Origin: Takakia lepidozioides
Lineage: Eukaryota > Plantae > Bryophyta
Direction: 5' to 3'
DNA: 64,000 bases
Assembly (NCBI GenBank): GCA_030704615.1
Contig: CM060733.1
Location: forward strand, 63,426,001-63,490,000
Part shown: piece by piece, positions 49,991-63,200 of the stretch
How positions within the stretch are numbered: the first letter of the stretch is position 1
Layout of the letters: each line of letters begins with the position of its first letter
Position numbers and translations under genes: made by a program
Notes under the pieces: generated by a model
What the model was told of the DNA's origin: nothing
Seen by the model: only the letters and a program-made list of their open reading frames with translations
Database searches by the model: none

Positions 49991-51970
49991 TGTAGGTCAT
50001 TTATAATAAGTATATCATATAACCAAGATGAAGTACTTATACAAACAAGCAACATCACAAAATATATATATGTATGCATATTGCAAATGACAACAGGTCA
50101 CTTGTAAATATTGTGTGCTTTTTCTTCATGGAGTTATGGTCTCCTCCACTAGACTTCACAAAGCAATGCCCACCCACCTAAATCCCAAAAATAATGTTTC
50201 TTTGCACATAGAAGTACTAAAACCCAAAAGTAAATGAATGGGCGGGGTCTACCTATATCACATGGCTAGAAATGACATACAGTTTAATTTAAAAACTCTT
50301 CTTCAATTAATGTTACCTTATGGCCCTGTTTAGGTTAATTTTTCCCTCTATCTTTTAAATTTGAGTAACTCGACTTTTGTCCCGTTTGGATGGAGTTGCA
50401 TCTGATTGATGCATTTGGAGTTCTTGTGTTGTCTGGCCATGTCACAAAACTCTAGCTCTCTAGCACTTATGGATAGAACAGACAAACTCTAGCTCTCTAA
50501 AAGGACAGAGTACCCATATGGGGAAGAGGCTCTTCTTGACGCTACCTTTGGTTGTCGTCCATATACATATATATGATTTTAATACATGATTATTACATTC
50601 AACGGTTAGTATATAGAATATAGAGTATACTAAGTATCATTATACAAAATAAAGCCATAACTCTTCTTATTTTATTGTATAAATATTATGCGGCTTGTAT
50701 TTGTGTAATATAGAATCTCTCTTTAGATCTTAGATATCATAATTCCATATTAATGCAATATGACCATGCTTCCTACTACTTTAAGTTCATCGTTGATATA
50801 TAGGTTCATCGCTGGTTTCTTGGTTTTTATGTTCTGATTATTACTTGTACTTTCATTTCTCCATCAATGAAATATTGAGAATCAGTCAAAAATTATTGAC
50901 TTGATGAATATGGATTGAAAATATAGTAACACAAATTAATACAACATCTTGTTAGTTTGGGTGGTATAGGGACCATAAATAAAAACTGCGTGTCAACAGA
51001 ATACCATGTTTGATCCATCACTGCAAGAATATCATTCGTCCATTACTTCTCTTGAGATATGGAAGGTTGCAATGATGCAAGAGATCCTATGAGCCACTAA
51101 GATGAGACATGTATAATGGATATGAGCAGTTGTATATAAGAGGAAGAAGTAGACTAGGATTTATACTCTATAGAATTAAAAACGGTGGAAGATAGAGAAG
51201 AGAAAAAATGAAGACAAACATGTAAATTACACATCATGTACACCAATGTTGTTCTGAAGCAATAAAGTTGATTGCATAATCCCCCATCAATTGATGCACT
51301 AGCCATAGTAGTTTTGTTACAATAATATTTGTTGCAGGATTCATATTTACACACAAACTGGGCAGTAACAAAAGATTATAATGAGAACCAACATTCAATG
51401 TATGGGAATGGTTGAAAAGATAATAAGAAGTAAATTTGCAAGAGGAAAGGAGGTGACACTTGAATGAAAAGCATAATAGGAGTTTAGCGATCCTTAATTT
51501 TTGACATTGATTTCTAGTCTTCTCTTTGAGTAAACAAAAGCGAATAAATAATATAACAAAATTGTTCTAATGCCTCTTGAAAACATATTAATTGAAGCCT
51601 AAATGTGTGTTTATTTCAGCTTGAGCAAAGTACATGAAAAAAGAGAAGAAAAAAACAAGGAATAAATAATCCCCATTCTCATATCCCATTGTGTCAAAAC
51701 ATTATATTGCCAAAATGTTGCTTACAACTATGAATCATATATCCATTGGTAAACTCTGTGAATTCAAGAATTTGTACTTGGTCCGCACTACGACTTCAAC
51801 ATGCTGAATTTTCTAGAATACCGGCCGATGAAAATATGCTAAGATCTCAGATAAATGTATATGGAATATGATACCACTGTAAGAGTATCAACTTATAAGA
51901 GTTCGTTATCCCTCACCTCTATCAAACGTACATCCCAATTTAAACATGATATTTTTGTAAGGGTATCGAC

Positions 51971-52841
51971 CAGTGTTGGGCGGTTCTTGCATTTGTGAAG
52001 GAACCTTCGGTTCCGGTTCCAAAATTATTTCAAGAGACGGTTCCGGATCCGGTTCCGGTTTTTTTTATTGAGCCGGTTCCGGATCCAACTTTTAAACATG
52101 GGGGCGGTTCCGGTTACCGGTTAGTTGCTGATAAAAACCATCGGTTCCGGTTAGGTTCCGGTTCTATTTTAAATATATATTTGTTTAATTTAATTAGATT
52201 TAAAATATTTTATCAGTCCGGTAGATTAAATAGCAGTGTATTCACATATTTGAACTAAAATCCAACGATTTTGTTAGTTTTCATTAACACAAAAAAACAA
52301 ACAAAAATACTCTAAATAAACTGGTAGAAGAAAATGGGTAAAATTTTATGGGTTGAAAGCAGCTACCTGGCAAGTATTGGCATCTTCAAACATTTTATTA
52401 ATGAACTTAGCCAGGATATCATGGAGCTGGAGATTGAACCCAAGATCTCATGGCGCTGAAGCATTGAACATAGAATCTCATGGCCTTCAAGCATTGAACC
52501 CAGGATCTCAGGAGCTTAAGAGCATTAAATAAGTTTTTCCCTGGGCCACCAGCCCCACCAAGGGGTCAAGAACCAAGAACCGGACTTAGAAGCGCTTTGG
52601 TAGGTACTAGAGACATTTAGGGCTACAGCCCCATTTAGGGCTACAGCCCACGGGTGGACCGGAACCGGAACCGGAAACGCTTTGGAGCTGGAACCGCCGG
52701 TTCCCACACATGTGGTCGTAGCTGGAACCGCCGGTTCCGGTTCCCACACAATCCCCAATGAGCGGTTCCGGTTCCGGTTCCACATAACCGGAACCGGAAC
52801 CGGCGGTTACCCGGGGCCAGGCGGGTAACCGCCCAACACTG
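51971..52841. mobile_element. hAT-family non-autonomous element / MITE (871 bp)
   Basis: 15-bp TIR CAGTGTTGGGCGGTT, 8-bp TSD GTATCGAC (51963-51970 and 52842-52849), CCGGTT subterminal repeats. The empty site is present in the other arm at ~54867. Confidence 0.96.
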
Positions 52842-53314
52842 GTATCGACACAAAATCCTTTTATATAGTAATTTGATTTAATATCACGATCCGTTCGTGG
52901 GCTTACATTGGACTTAAAAATGACTGAGGCACTTCTACAACTCTTTCCAAATTTGTAAGAAATTATTATCAAACGCCACAACCATTTTCTACTTGTGGAT
53001 TGCGAATGCTCCCAAACGCTAGAAATTAATATTGGCCAAAGCGCTTTTCTACTTCCAGTTCATAATCTTGTATTTAAGACCCCAGGTCCCCATGACTAAT
53101 CATGTTTTCAATCACTCCCACTTCACATTCCCAACCCCGCCTCCCTTCATATTTATGTAGACTGCCGAATGTATACGTTTCAGAAATTCAATGCTTCAAT
53201 ACATCAAACAAGTTTAAGATACTCAACTAGCTTTTAAAAAAAAAACAAAAAAATACTTGTCCATTTTGTGGTATTATATGTCAAAAATACTGATAGTCTG
53301 GTGAAAATATATGG

Positions 53315-54244
53315 GCCATCAACGCAAACAGACCTTCTGGCCAACCCTATTCCCATCCCCACACTGCCCACTGCTCACACCTTCATGCCAAACATGATAC
53401 TTGGCCTCGTATTCTCAGCGAATGTCCACACCCTGTCATCCACGGGTTGCGAATCGCTCGTCATAATCACACCGTATGGCACATCCACAAACTTCTCTTA
53501 CAATGTAGTGCAACCAGATGGTTTACACTCATCAATGCTGGCACCTACCAGGGTCGGCCTCCAGACCATACAATATGTACTTGGCTCCTTCCACGTATCT
53601 GACAACCTTGCGGGTCCTGCACATGCCCCGCTAAACTATGCCCGGACATCCTCATAATCTAGGGCTTAACTCCCCCCCCTCATGCACCATCATCAGACAT
53701 CACCATACATTTTATAAAATTCATATACTGCCACGACTGCTTCCCTAGCGCCTCTATTATAGAAAAACGTAAAAAATACGCACCATTAATCGTTGGCATC
53801 CGCCGACGAGGGTGGGGCACCGGCCCACTCACTGTCGTAACTACTGGCACCAGATGAGGCATCCATAATGCCAGCATCTCTACCCTTCAAAATAATTTTT
53901 AAATTCCTATCACATCTATTCACAAATGTTTCAAAGCAATACGCCTCACCGCGCTCCGATCCCTCACTGCAATCATCACCAACAAACGACAAACTCAAAT
54001 CCAGTCTCCCTCCCGCTTCCTAGGCACCTCATACGCCTCTGGGTACCAGTGGTACCCATGGGCCCACGAGTGCCAAGTGGCACCCTTCACCACTACTACC
54101 GTTCTCCCAATCTGCCCCAGGGTATCCCATGGGCCTCGATTTTTACATAGGGCCCACCTCTGTTTAGGGGCAATAGCCGCAAAACAAAGTGGCTCTTAAT
54201 TACGCCGGCTTTGGCCGGAGTCTTCTTCTTCTCTCTTCTCTTCT
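53315..54244 (+). mobile_element. 5'-truncated RLE-type LINE (Dualen-like) 3' end
   Basis: HCPL...ILSECPHPVIHGLRIARHN...PDILI...FIKFIYCHD...EKRKKYAPL...GWG...GIH corresponds to a zinc knuckle plus PD-(D/E)xK-type endonuclease with stops. A 3' UTR and (CTT/CT)n tail follow. Confidence 0.72.
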
Positions 54245-56421
54245 ACACGAGTGTCTTACCACCAGACATGGTGATGTTGCATTAAAATTATAGTTAATCG
54301 TTGAAGTATGATGTCTTCAAAGCCATATATATATATATGTTAATGAATGTGTGGTAATCGGCTTAATTATATGAAAATTTGATGGATGTTATTATATTTT
54401 CAACCATATATTTTCACCAGACTATCAGTATTTTTGACATATAATACCACAAAATGGACAAGTATTTTTTTGTTTTTTTTAAAAGCTAGTTGAGTATCTT
54501 TGACTTGTTTGATGTATTGAAGCATTGAATTTCTGAAACGTATACATTCGGCAGTCTACATAAATATGAAGGGAGGCGGGGTTGGGAATGTGAAGTGGGA
54601 GTGATTGAAAACATGATTAGTCATGGGGACATGGGGTCTTAAATACAAGATTATGAACTGGAAGTAGAAAAGCGCTTTGGCCAATATTAATTTCTAGCGT
54701 TTGGGAGCATTCGCAATCCACAAGTAGAAAATGGTTGTGGCGTTTGATAATAATTTCTTACAAATTTGGAAAGAGTTGTAGAAGTGCCTCAGTCATTTTT
54801 AAGTCCAATGTAAGCCCACGAACGGATCTTGATATTAAATCAGATTACTATATAAAAGGATTTTGTGTCGATACTCTTACAAAAATATCATGTTTAAATT
54901 GGGATGTACGTTTGATAGAGGTGAGGAATAACGAACTCCTATAAGTTGATACTCTTACAGTGGTATCATATTCCATATACATTTATCTTAGATCTTAGCA
55001 TATTTTCATCGGCCGGTATTCTAGAAAATTCAGCATGTTGAAGTCGTAGTGCGGACCAAGTACAAATTCTTGAATTCACGGAGTTTACCAATGGATATAT
55101 GATTCATAGTTGTAAGCAACATTTTGGCAATATAATGTTTCGACACAATGGGATATGAGAATGAAGATTATTTATTCCTTGTTTTTTTCTTCTCTTTTTT
55201 CATGTACTTTGCTCAAGCTGAAATAAACACACATTTAGGCTTCAATTAATATGTTTTCAAGAGGCATTAGAACAATTTTGTTATATTATTTTATTGGCTT
55301 TTGTTTACTCAAAGAGAAGACTAGAAATCAATGTCAAAAATTAAGGATCGCTAAACTCCTATTATGCTTTTCATTCAAGTGTCACCTCCTCTCCTCTTGC
55401 AAATTTACTTCTTATTATCTTTTCAACCATTCCCATACATTGAATGTTGGTTCTCATTATAATCTTTTGTTACTGCCCAGTTTATGTGTAAATATGAATC
55501 CTGCAACAAATATTATTGTAACAAAACTACTATGGCTAGTGCATCAATTGATGGGGGATTATGCAATCAACTTTATTGCTTCAGAACAACATTGGTGTAC
55601 ATGATGTGTAACTTACATGTTTGTCTTCATTTTTTCTCTTCTCTATCTTCCACCGTTTTTAATTCTATAGAGTCTATTTCTTCCTCTTATATACAACTGC
55701 TCATATCCATTATACATGTCTCATCTTAGTGGCTCATAGGATCTCTTGCATCATTGCGACCTTCCATATCTCAAGAGAAGTATGGACGAATGATATTCTT
55801 GCAGTGATAGATCAAACATGGTATTTTGTTGACACGTAGTTTTTATTTATGGTCCCTATACCACCCAAACTAACAAGATGTTGTATTAATTTGTGTTACT
55901 ATATTTTCAATCCATATTCATCAAGTCAATAATTTTTGACTGATTCTCAATATTTCATTGATGGAGAACTGAAAGTACAAGTAATAATTAGAACATAAAA
56001 ACCAAGAAACCAGCGATGAACCTATATATCAACGATGAACTTAAGTAGTAGGAAGCATGGTCATATTGCATTAATATGGAATTATGATATCTAAGATCTA
56101 AAGAGAGATTCTATATTACACAAATACAAGCCGCATAATATTTATACAATAAAATAAGCAGAGTTATGGCTTTATTTTGTATAATGATACATAGTATACT
56201 CTATATTCTATATACTAACCGTTGAATGTAACAATCATGTATTAAAATCATATATATGTATATCGACGACAATCAAAGGTAGCGTCAAGAAGAGCCTCTT
56301 CCCCATATGGGTACTCTGTCCTTTTAGAGAGCTAGAGTTTGTCTATCCAACTCTATCCATAAATGCTAGAGAGCTAGAGTTTTGTGATATGGCCAGACAA
56401 CACAAGAACTCCAGATGCATC

Positions 56422-57091
56422 TGTCGTGCGCATACATATCGCTACACAACTACATCGTTGTCCAAAACCACACAACACATGTGCACACCACACACTAGTA
56501 TACCACTAGTCCAGCCACTAGTCCAACCACTAGGCTACAACTAGTCAGTCACTAGGCTGCCACTATGCTGCCCACTATGGCAGTCACTAGTCCACACAAT
56601 GATAAAGAAGAAGAATACAAGCACAAGCTCATGCGAGCTCACAAAGCTGAAGCATAAACTCATGCATATATAACCTCATCACTCAAATACAAGTCAAGCC
56701 AAGTGCACCCCACGCCATGGGGAATCCACACTACGGCGCCATAGCTAGGCGCGGTGAGGCTCAACTCGAGAAAGATGAGCCTCCCGTGCTTGCCGTGAAG
56801 ATAACCACTCTAGGGCCTAAATCTACCTTGACCCCTGGATTGACACTTGGGCCAATCCCAAATGTCAATATGTAAAAGCTAGCTATTTCCTAGCTAGTTT
56901 CACACTAGTGGTAAAATAACTTGACAGTTGTTGTGCGCATACATATCGCTACACAACTACATCGTTGTCCAAAACCACACAACACATGTGCACACCACAC
57001 ACTAGTTTACCACTAGTCCAACCACTAGGCTACAAACTAGTCAGTCACAGTGCCACTAGGCTGCCCACTATGGCAGTCACTAGTCCACCCA
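56422..57091 (-). repeat. Split terminal repeats B1 (57091-56929), A2 (56926-56600), B2 (56598-56422)
   Basis: B1 and B2 are direct repeats flanking A2, and each unit is bounded by TG...CA. A PPT-like AGGGGGGCGA (57093-57102) precedes B1. Confidence 0.88.
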
Positions 57092-57351
57092 ATCGCCCCC
57101 CTAGCTGGTGCTTAGGTCCCTCTAAGTCCAGGTAGCCACAAGATGTGATAGTGACCATAACCTCACTAAGTCCTCCACCACTATCCCTACTACACTCAAA
57201 CTCGATAGATCAAGAGGCCGGGTGCAAGAGTTGCCCCATCGTTAGTCGCCGTCTTGCAATCTGTGAACTTGAGCTTGGGATCTCATGTATTGACTCCTAT
57301 GAGCTTGGCCTCTCATGTCTTGTTAGCTGCCTCCAGTCATGTCCACTGCCA

Positions 57352-59683
57352 CTATCCCAAGCAGTGTGGACACAACCAATCTCCGTCAGGAACCTTCTCA
57401 AGAGGTGGTGTCAAGCATCCCATATGTCAACCCCTTGAGCATCGATCACACACCAGCATGGTGGCTGCCCCTTTGGCAGACCCACAGAGCATGCACCTCA
57501 AACCTGCAGGTACCACTGCCAAGTTTGGGTCAACTCTGTCATCGACATTGGGAATGTGACATGGCGCACAATTACGCACATGGTCCTTCCAAGTCATGCC
57601 ATCCCGACCCTCCAAGATCAGGAGCCCTGAGGGCAACACCTCTCAAACCCTCAGAATAACACGCCCTGCAGTAACATCCAGAGTCGTAGGAGCAGTCTGC
57701 TGCAAAATAACATAGTCACCAGGGCTAAACCTCCGAACCCCAGGACGATATCCTCCACCACGTATAGTGGCATACCTCAACGTATCACGGTGCTATGCAA
57801 TGGCAAGGTTCTCAAAAGCCATGGGCATGGCTTTCTTGAACAACTCTGCACGCTGATCACATGCACGTACCCACACGTCCGGATCGTCAAGGTTAAGGAC
57901 TTGAGCAGTGTCCCTACAAATGGCTGCAGGCAAATCCGGCTCTCGGCCAAAGAGAAGGAAATATGGTGAGAAGGAGGCAAGTGATGTTTGTTTGCTGAAC
58001 TGTAGCCCATGGCTAACCAAGGAACCTGAAGATCCCAATCTCCTAGGTGTCCCTTCTGCAAGCCATACTTGCGCAAAACCCTCTTCACCGTCTGAACAAC
58101 TCTCTCTACTAAGCCATCGGCCTCAGGATAATCACGAGAAGTGGTGCGGTGGTCTATCAAGGCTTTATCACACAAAGCCTGAAACTCCCCAAGAACTCTC
58201 TCCCTTGGTCCGTGAGTACCTCAGCTGGAGCACCAAATCGGCTAAGCACACGATCTAAGAATGCATACGCAGCCCCATCACTAGCCTTGTCAGGCAATGG
58301 AACCAACTCAATCCACTTGGAGAAGTGCTCCACCATCAACACACATATCTGTGGTGGCGCATAGTCAGTGGCAACGGTCCTGCGAAGTCAAGACTCCACC
58401 TGTAGCCCAATCCCATGATTGGTAAAAGATGCAACTGTGGTGTAGGGGTGTTGAATGAAGCACGCACCCTGTCACACACCATGCACCTAGCCACGAACTA
58501 TTGCATCTCTGTATGCATACCACGCCACCAATACTGCCCTTGCAGTAAACTGTGAGTGCGTCGCACTCCAAAATGCCCCAACTCCTCATGGGCATGCCGC
58601 ACTAACCGTGCACGTTGTGTGGGGTGAGGCACAATCCTCACCCGACCATCCTCCCACACTCGAAGTAGGTGTATCCCCTCCCACTTGAACCTCTTGGCTC
58701 GTTGCAGGATCCGATCCCTCTCCTTGGCAGTCACAGTGGTTGCCGTGTCTCCCGTGCGGAGGTAGTCCAACACAGCCGAATCCTCATGTATATCTCTGGC
58801 ACCACCTGGCTCATCACTAGCCTCAGGGTCCTCAGACACTCCGTCTACAATCATCCCTGTTATAGGTCCAACCTGACCTCCCGATGCCAAGATACACAAA
58901 AATGCAGATGCGTGCCATCCCGGCACCATCTCCTCGTCCGTCTCACCATGCCACCGAGCTCCAGTGTCATCCTGCTGGCTCATGCATGGATTGCGGCTCA
59001 ATCCATCCGCATCCCGATTGACCAAACCCGGTCGATGCACAACCTAAAAGTCATACTCCTGGAGTATGAGTGCCCACCGTGCAAGCTTCCCCGTAAACTT
59101 GTCTGACTCCATCAACCACTTGAGTGGCTGGTGATCTGTGACAAGGGTGAAAAGATTGCCGTATAGATAGCACCTGAAGTGTGCCACGGCCCACACTACA
59201 GCTAAGCACTCTCCCTCATATGAGCTGTACTTAGCCTCTGCAGCGTTGTTCGAGCGGCTAGCATAAGCCACTACGAACTCTCTTCCCTCATCATCCACAT
59301 GTGTGAGCACCGCTCCAAGCCCCAGCATGCTCCAATCCGTATGCAGCTGAAAGGGACGCCCCCTGATAGGTCGTCTCAGGATAGGCGCCGAGGTCAACCT
59401 CGCCTTGAGCTCTTGAAAAGCTCGTTCCTGCTCATCTTCCACTGCCACTCCTGGTCCACCTTGGTCAGCTTGGTTAGAGCCTTTGCAATGGTACTAAATC
59501 CCTTGATAAACCGTCTATAATAGTTTGCCAACCCCATGAAAGCTCGAACTCGGCTCACATCCGTGGGGCGTGGAATTTGTGCAATGGCCTCTACCTTAGT
59601 CTGCTGTACCCCCAATCCTCCAGGATATATCATGTGACCCAGATACTCAATCTGGTTGTGGAAAAACTTGCACTTCCCCGGAT
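57352..59683 (-). pseudogene. pol (RT-RH-IN) with C-terminal PHD finger
   Basis: CMLC...[29 protein letters not shown]. Several stops and frameshifts. Confidence 0.9.
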
Positions 59684-60183
59684 NNNNNNNNNNNNNNNNN
59701 NNNNNNNNNNNNNNNNNNNNNNNNNNNNNNNNNNNNNNNNNNNNNNNNNNNNNNNNNNNNNNNNNNNNNNNNNNNNNNNNNNNNNNNNNNNNNNNNNNNN
59801 NNNNNNNNNNNNNNNNNNNNNNNNNNNNNNNNNNNNNNNNNNNNNNNNNNNNNNNNNNNNNNNNNNNNNNNNNNNNNNNNNNNNNNNNNNNNNNNNNNNN
59901 NNNNNNNNNNNNNNNNNNNNNNNNNNNNNNNNNNNNNNNNNNNNNNNNNNNNNNNNNNNNNNNNNNNNNNNNNNNNNNNNNNNNNNNNNNNNNNNNNNNN
60001 NNNNNNNNNNNNNNNNNNNNNNNNNNNNNNNNNNNNNNNNNNNNNNNNNNNNNNNNNNNNNNNNNNNNNNNNNNNNNNNNNNNNNNNNNNNNNNNNNNNN
60101 NNNNNNNNNNNNNNNNNNNNNNNNNNNNNNNNNNNNNNNNNNNNNNNNNNNNNNNNNNNNNNNNNNNNNNNNNNNNNNNNNNN
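59684..60183. other. Assembly gap (500 N)
   Basis: Run of N. Confidence 1.
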
Positions 60184-60299
60184 CTCAGTAGGACATTGCA
60201 CACCCGTAGACAACGTCTGCATCATGACTCATATGGCCCACCTCTCCCCCAACTGACTGTCAAAGTCGTTTGGACCGCAAAATGTTACCGTCCTTGAGA

Positions 60300-63200
60300 A
60301 CTCGTCCCAGAAAAAAATAGATCTCTCCCAGGTGAGACCTCTCCACTTCCTTATGTAGCCTCCAATGTCATTTGGGCGGGGAAACAATTGAAAGTTTCAA
60401 GTCCTTCAAAGTCTGCTCGAGCCCCCACAAAGATGGTGGGCGCGCTTCTCCATCTGCAAATGGTACATTTTGTCAGTTTGCAAATAAGGTACTCATCAAC
60501 ATTCATGAAGAGCCCAACAAAAATGGAATTTCTTTTTGCATCATTAACCCGTTGAGCCTTGTGGAGCCAGTTATCAAACACAATGTTCACCCGATTCCTT
60601 CCCACCTTTTGTGCCAGGCTTTAATGTTTGCCTCTTTGGGGACTGATTCCAGTCCTTCACTGTCTGATCTGAGTTCCAAATCTCCAGCCACCTTATTTTG
60701 GTTTGGGGGTCGACCATGGAAATGGCCAGCCGGTGCAATTTCTCCTGCCTTGCATCTCTCCGGGTGCACATGCTTGTCATAGTGAGATTTGATCTGCAGA
60801 AGGAACTCAGCACCAAGGCCAGGATCTACTATTCTAAGCTGCTTTCCGAAGAGCTGACATCATTTTGGTTCTGCGGATTTCATACTCCTTCTTTATTGCT
60901 GCTGCCACACTCTTTTGATGGTCCCCATAATTCCTCTGGTTGGAGTGCGTAGTTTTAATTTAGTATTCGGATTTCCCACTTTCTCAGCTGCCCTCTGCCC
61001 CAACTCTTGCTGCATTGATAAAATAGGGAATTATTACAAAACGAAAGACAAACAATGTATTCAGAAAGACAAGTGAGTAACAAAAAAAAGCTCGGCCTTA
61101 CCCTACATGTACTCCCAAGAAATGCCTCTCGCACCAAAGTTGCCTGCAAGCTCTTTCCTGTTTCACACTTCTTGATTATATCGGGGTGGAGTACTGTGCG
61201 AAATCATCCAGCTTCATCAGACCAAGACCAATCCTCCTGAATTCGGAACAGTGTGTGGACCAAGCTTGTTGTCACATGCGATTTTCCCTTTTCCTGTCGA
61301 TCCTACCATAAGATTTGGAATTGGAAACCTGCATTGGTAAACATCGTTTTTCGGGGGATTAAACAAGACATTGGAGAGGCAAATGGGAGTCTCTAGGATG
61401 ACTTACTTGTTCACCGTCGTGCATAGCTGTTAAGAAGCCTAGCGATGTCAATTTGTCCCAGGATCCCAAAACCATTGCCCTCTACAGCACATGCTTCTCT
61501 TCTCTCTTTGCATGATGTTTCTAAAATGTATCCCATCCATGCCAGCAATCTGTGGTTGGCATCCCAGACGTAGACCATGTGGTTTCAGAATTGCTGGGTG
61601 TTTCTTCCCATCATGAGGCCTAGCTCAAACTCCTCATTAACATCCTTCCAGCACTCATCCCAGGTATCTCTGATCTCAGGAGACACTAATGTGCTTTCCC
61701 ATTTTGTATCTGTTAGTGACACATAAAAAACTTGTGCACCAAGTCTGTATCCATGCACGAAATCAGTTTCCAATTTTGTTATGTCATGGGAAGAGGGGGA
61801 CGCACAACAGGCATAGATTATCAATCCGGCAAAGTGGGATGTCCAGACGCCCTCCAGAGACGAGCATGTCCTAATAACCTCCTGAGAGTTTACCTTCTGG
61901 ATGACATGAGTTCTTTCACCTTGTCAAGGTAGTGCACTTCAGGTTTATCTGTTTCATCGCTATTCTCAGAGCTCTTGCCAGACTCGTCCCCATCTCCAGA
62001 ACCTTTTGCCTCTGTTCCTGTCTACTTGGACTTCACAGTTTTCCTTTTCCTGCACGTGCCATTCCATTGTCAGTGAGTAATGTGCAAATAAGTGAACGTC
62101 CGTACCGACCATCACTCTGTCTCCTCTCAAATCACAGTGAATGGCGGCAACCGACATTCACAACAATCTACAAAACCAAAGCTGATCCAGACGAATGCAA
62201 ACCAAACATATGACTACAAAGTGATGGTCGGTAACCACACGACAATCACTATGTTTTTTTGGGCAAACATGTACACTAAGGTTCTGAGCATTAGCGAACG
62301 GCGTTAACGACAATGCATTTTGACATTGCATTTGAAGGACGTGCTGGATCGGTTTGGTGCAATGAAATATATGTCTAAGTGATTGGCGGCACCGACACCC
62401 AGTCTAGTTCAGGGCAGAAATTGAGTGTAGATAAGTCAGAGAGACCTCCATTGTGATGATCATCACAAAACCAATCACTGTTTTCTTGTCTGTCTCGAAC
62501 GTACTTTCCAATCGATACTCTACATGAATCTACAGTATGGTCGCCAAAAAATGATTGGCGGTACCGCCTCCACTTCCTAATCTGTTCAACACTGAAACAT
62601 AGAAAATGCAATGCAAGCACGACTAACTAACTGAAATATGCCGACCATCACTTTCTACCTCCACCCCCCAGGTACATAAAGCTCATGAGGAGAATCGATG
62701 GCATTAACGACAATCCCCAGCACTACACTAGAATCAAATGCCGACAATCACATGTTCCTGCTACAGAATGAAAAAGAAGGAGTGTTTGAAAGGCATCAGA
62801 CGACTCCTACGATCTGAAGAACAGTGAATGCGGTATACCAGTCACAAATTGCTGGTGTGGAAAACCATAAACATAGGAGTACAAAGCAAATCAACGTGGC
62901 TTCATAGTGAATGGCGGTACTGATAGTCACAAACTGCAGGTTGTGGAAAACCATAAACAGAGGAGTACAAAGCAAATCAGGATGGCTTCATATGTGAATG
63001 GCGGTACCACTAGTCACAAACAGTTGGTGTGAAAACCATAAACAGAGGAGTACAAAGCAAATCAACATGACTCATAGTGAATGGCGGTACCACCAGTCAC
63101 AAACTGCTGGTTGGAAAACCATAAACAGAGGAGTAACAAAGCAAATCAACATGGCCCATCAAGTGACCTGCGGTACTCTACCAGTCACAAACTGCTGGTG

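Larger units (their letters stand above)
50408..56421. repeat. Large inverted repeat with arms 50408-53314 and 54404-56421
   Basis: About 2.0 kb of near-identical reverse-complement sequence after removing the MITE. Mirrored ORFs appear in the track (51154- versus 55484+; 52607- versus 54735+). Confidence 0.95.
56422..59683 (-). mobile_element. 3' half of a second DNMT/PHD-Gypsy family copy (RT end, RNase H, integrase, PHD, B1-A2-B2 terminus)
   Basis: CKFF..IEYLGH, LHTDWS...EGECLAVVWAV...TDHQPL, integrase HHCC/SLDF/TDQG/ADGLVER and PHD. Ends ...CGACA at 56422, where it interrupts the inverted-repeat arm. Contains repeat A. Confidence 0.92.

Noticed and set aside
50321-50392. Harbinger/Tourist-like TIR starts (GGCCCTGTTTAG, CCCGTTTGG)
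   Set aside because: No partner TIR is visible in the window.
18235-59683. The two DNMT/PHD halves being one insertion scrambled by scaffolding
   Set aside because: The flanks do not form a TSD (CCACA versus GATGC) and the targets differ (ParB-motif exon versus inverted-repeat arm), so I treat them as separate copies.
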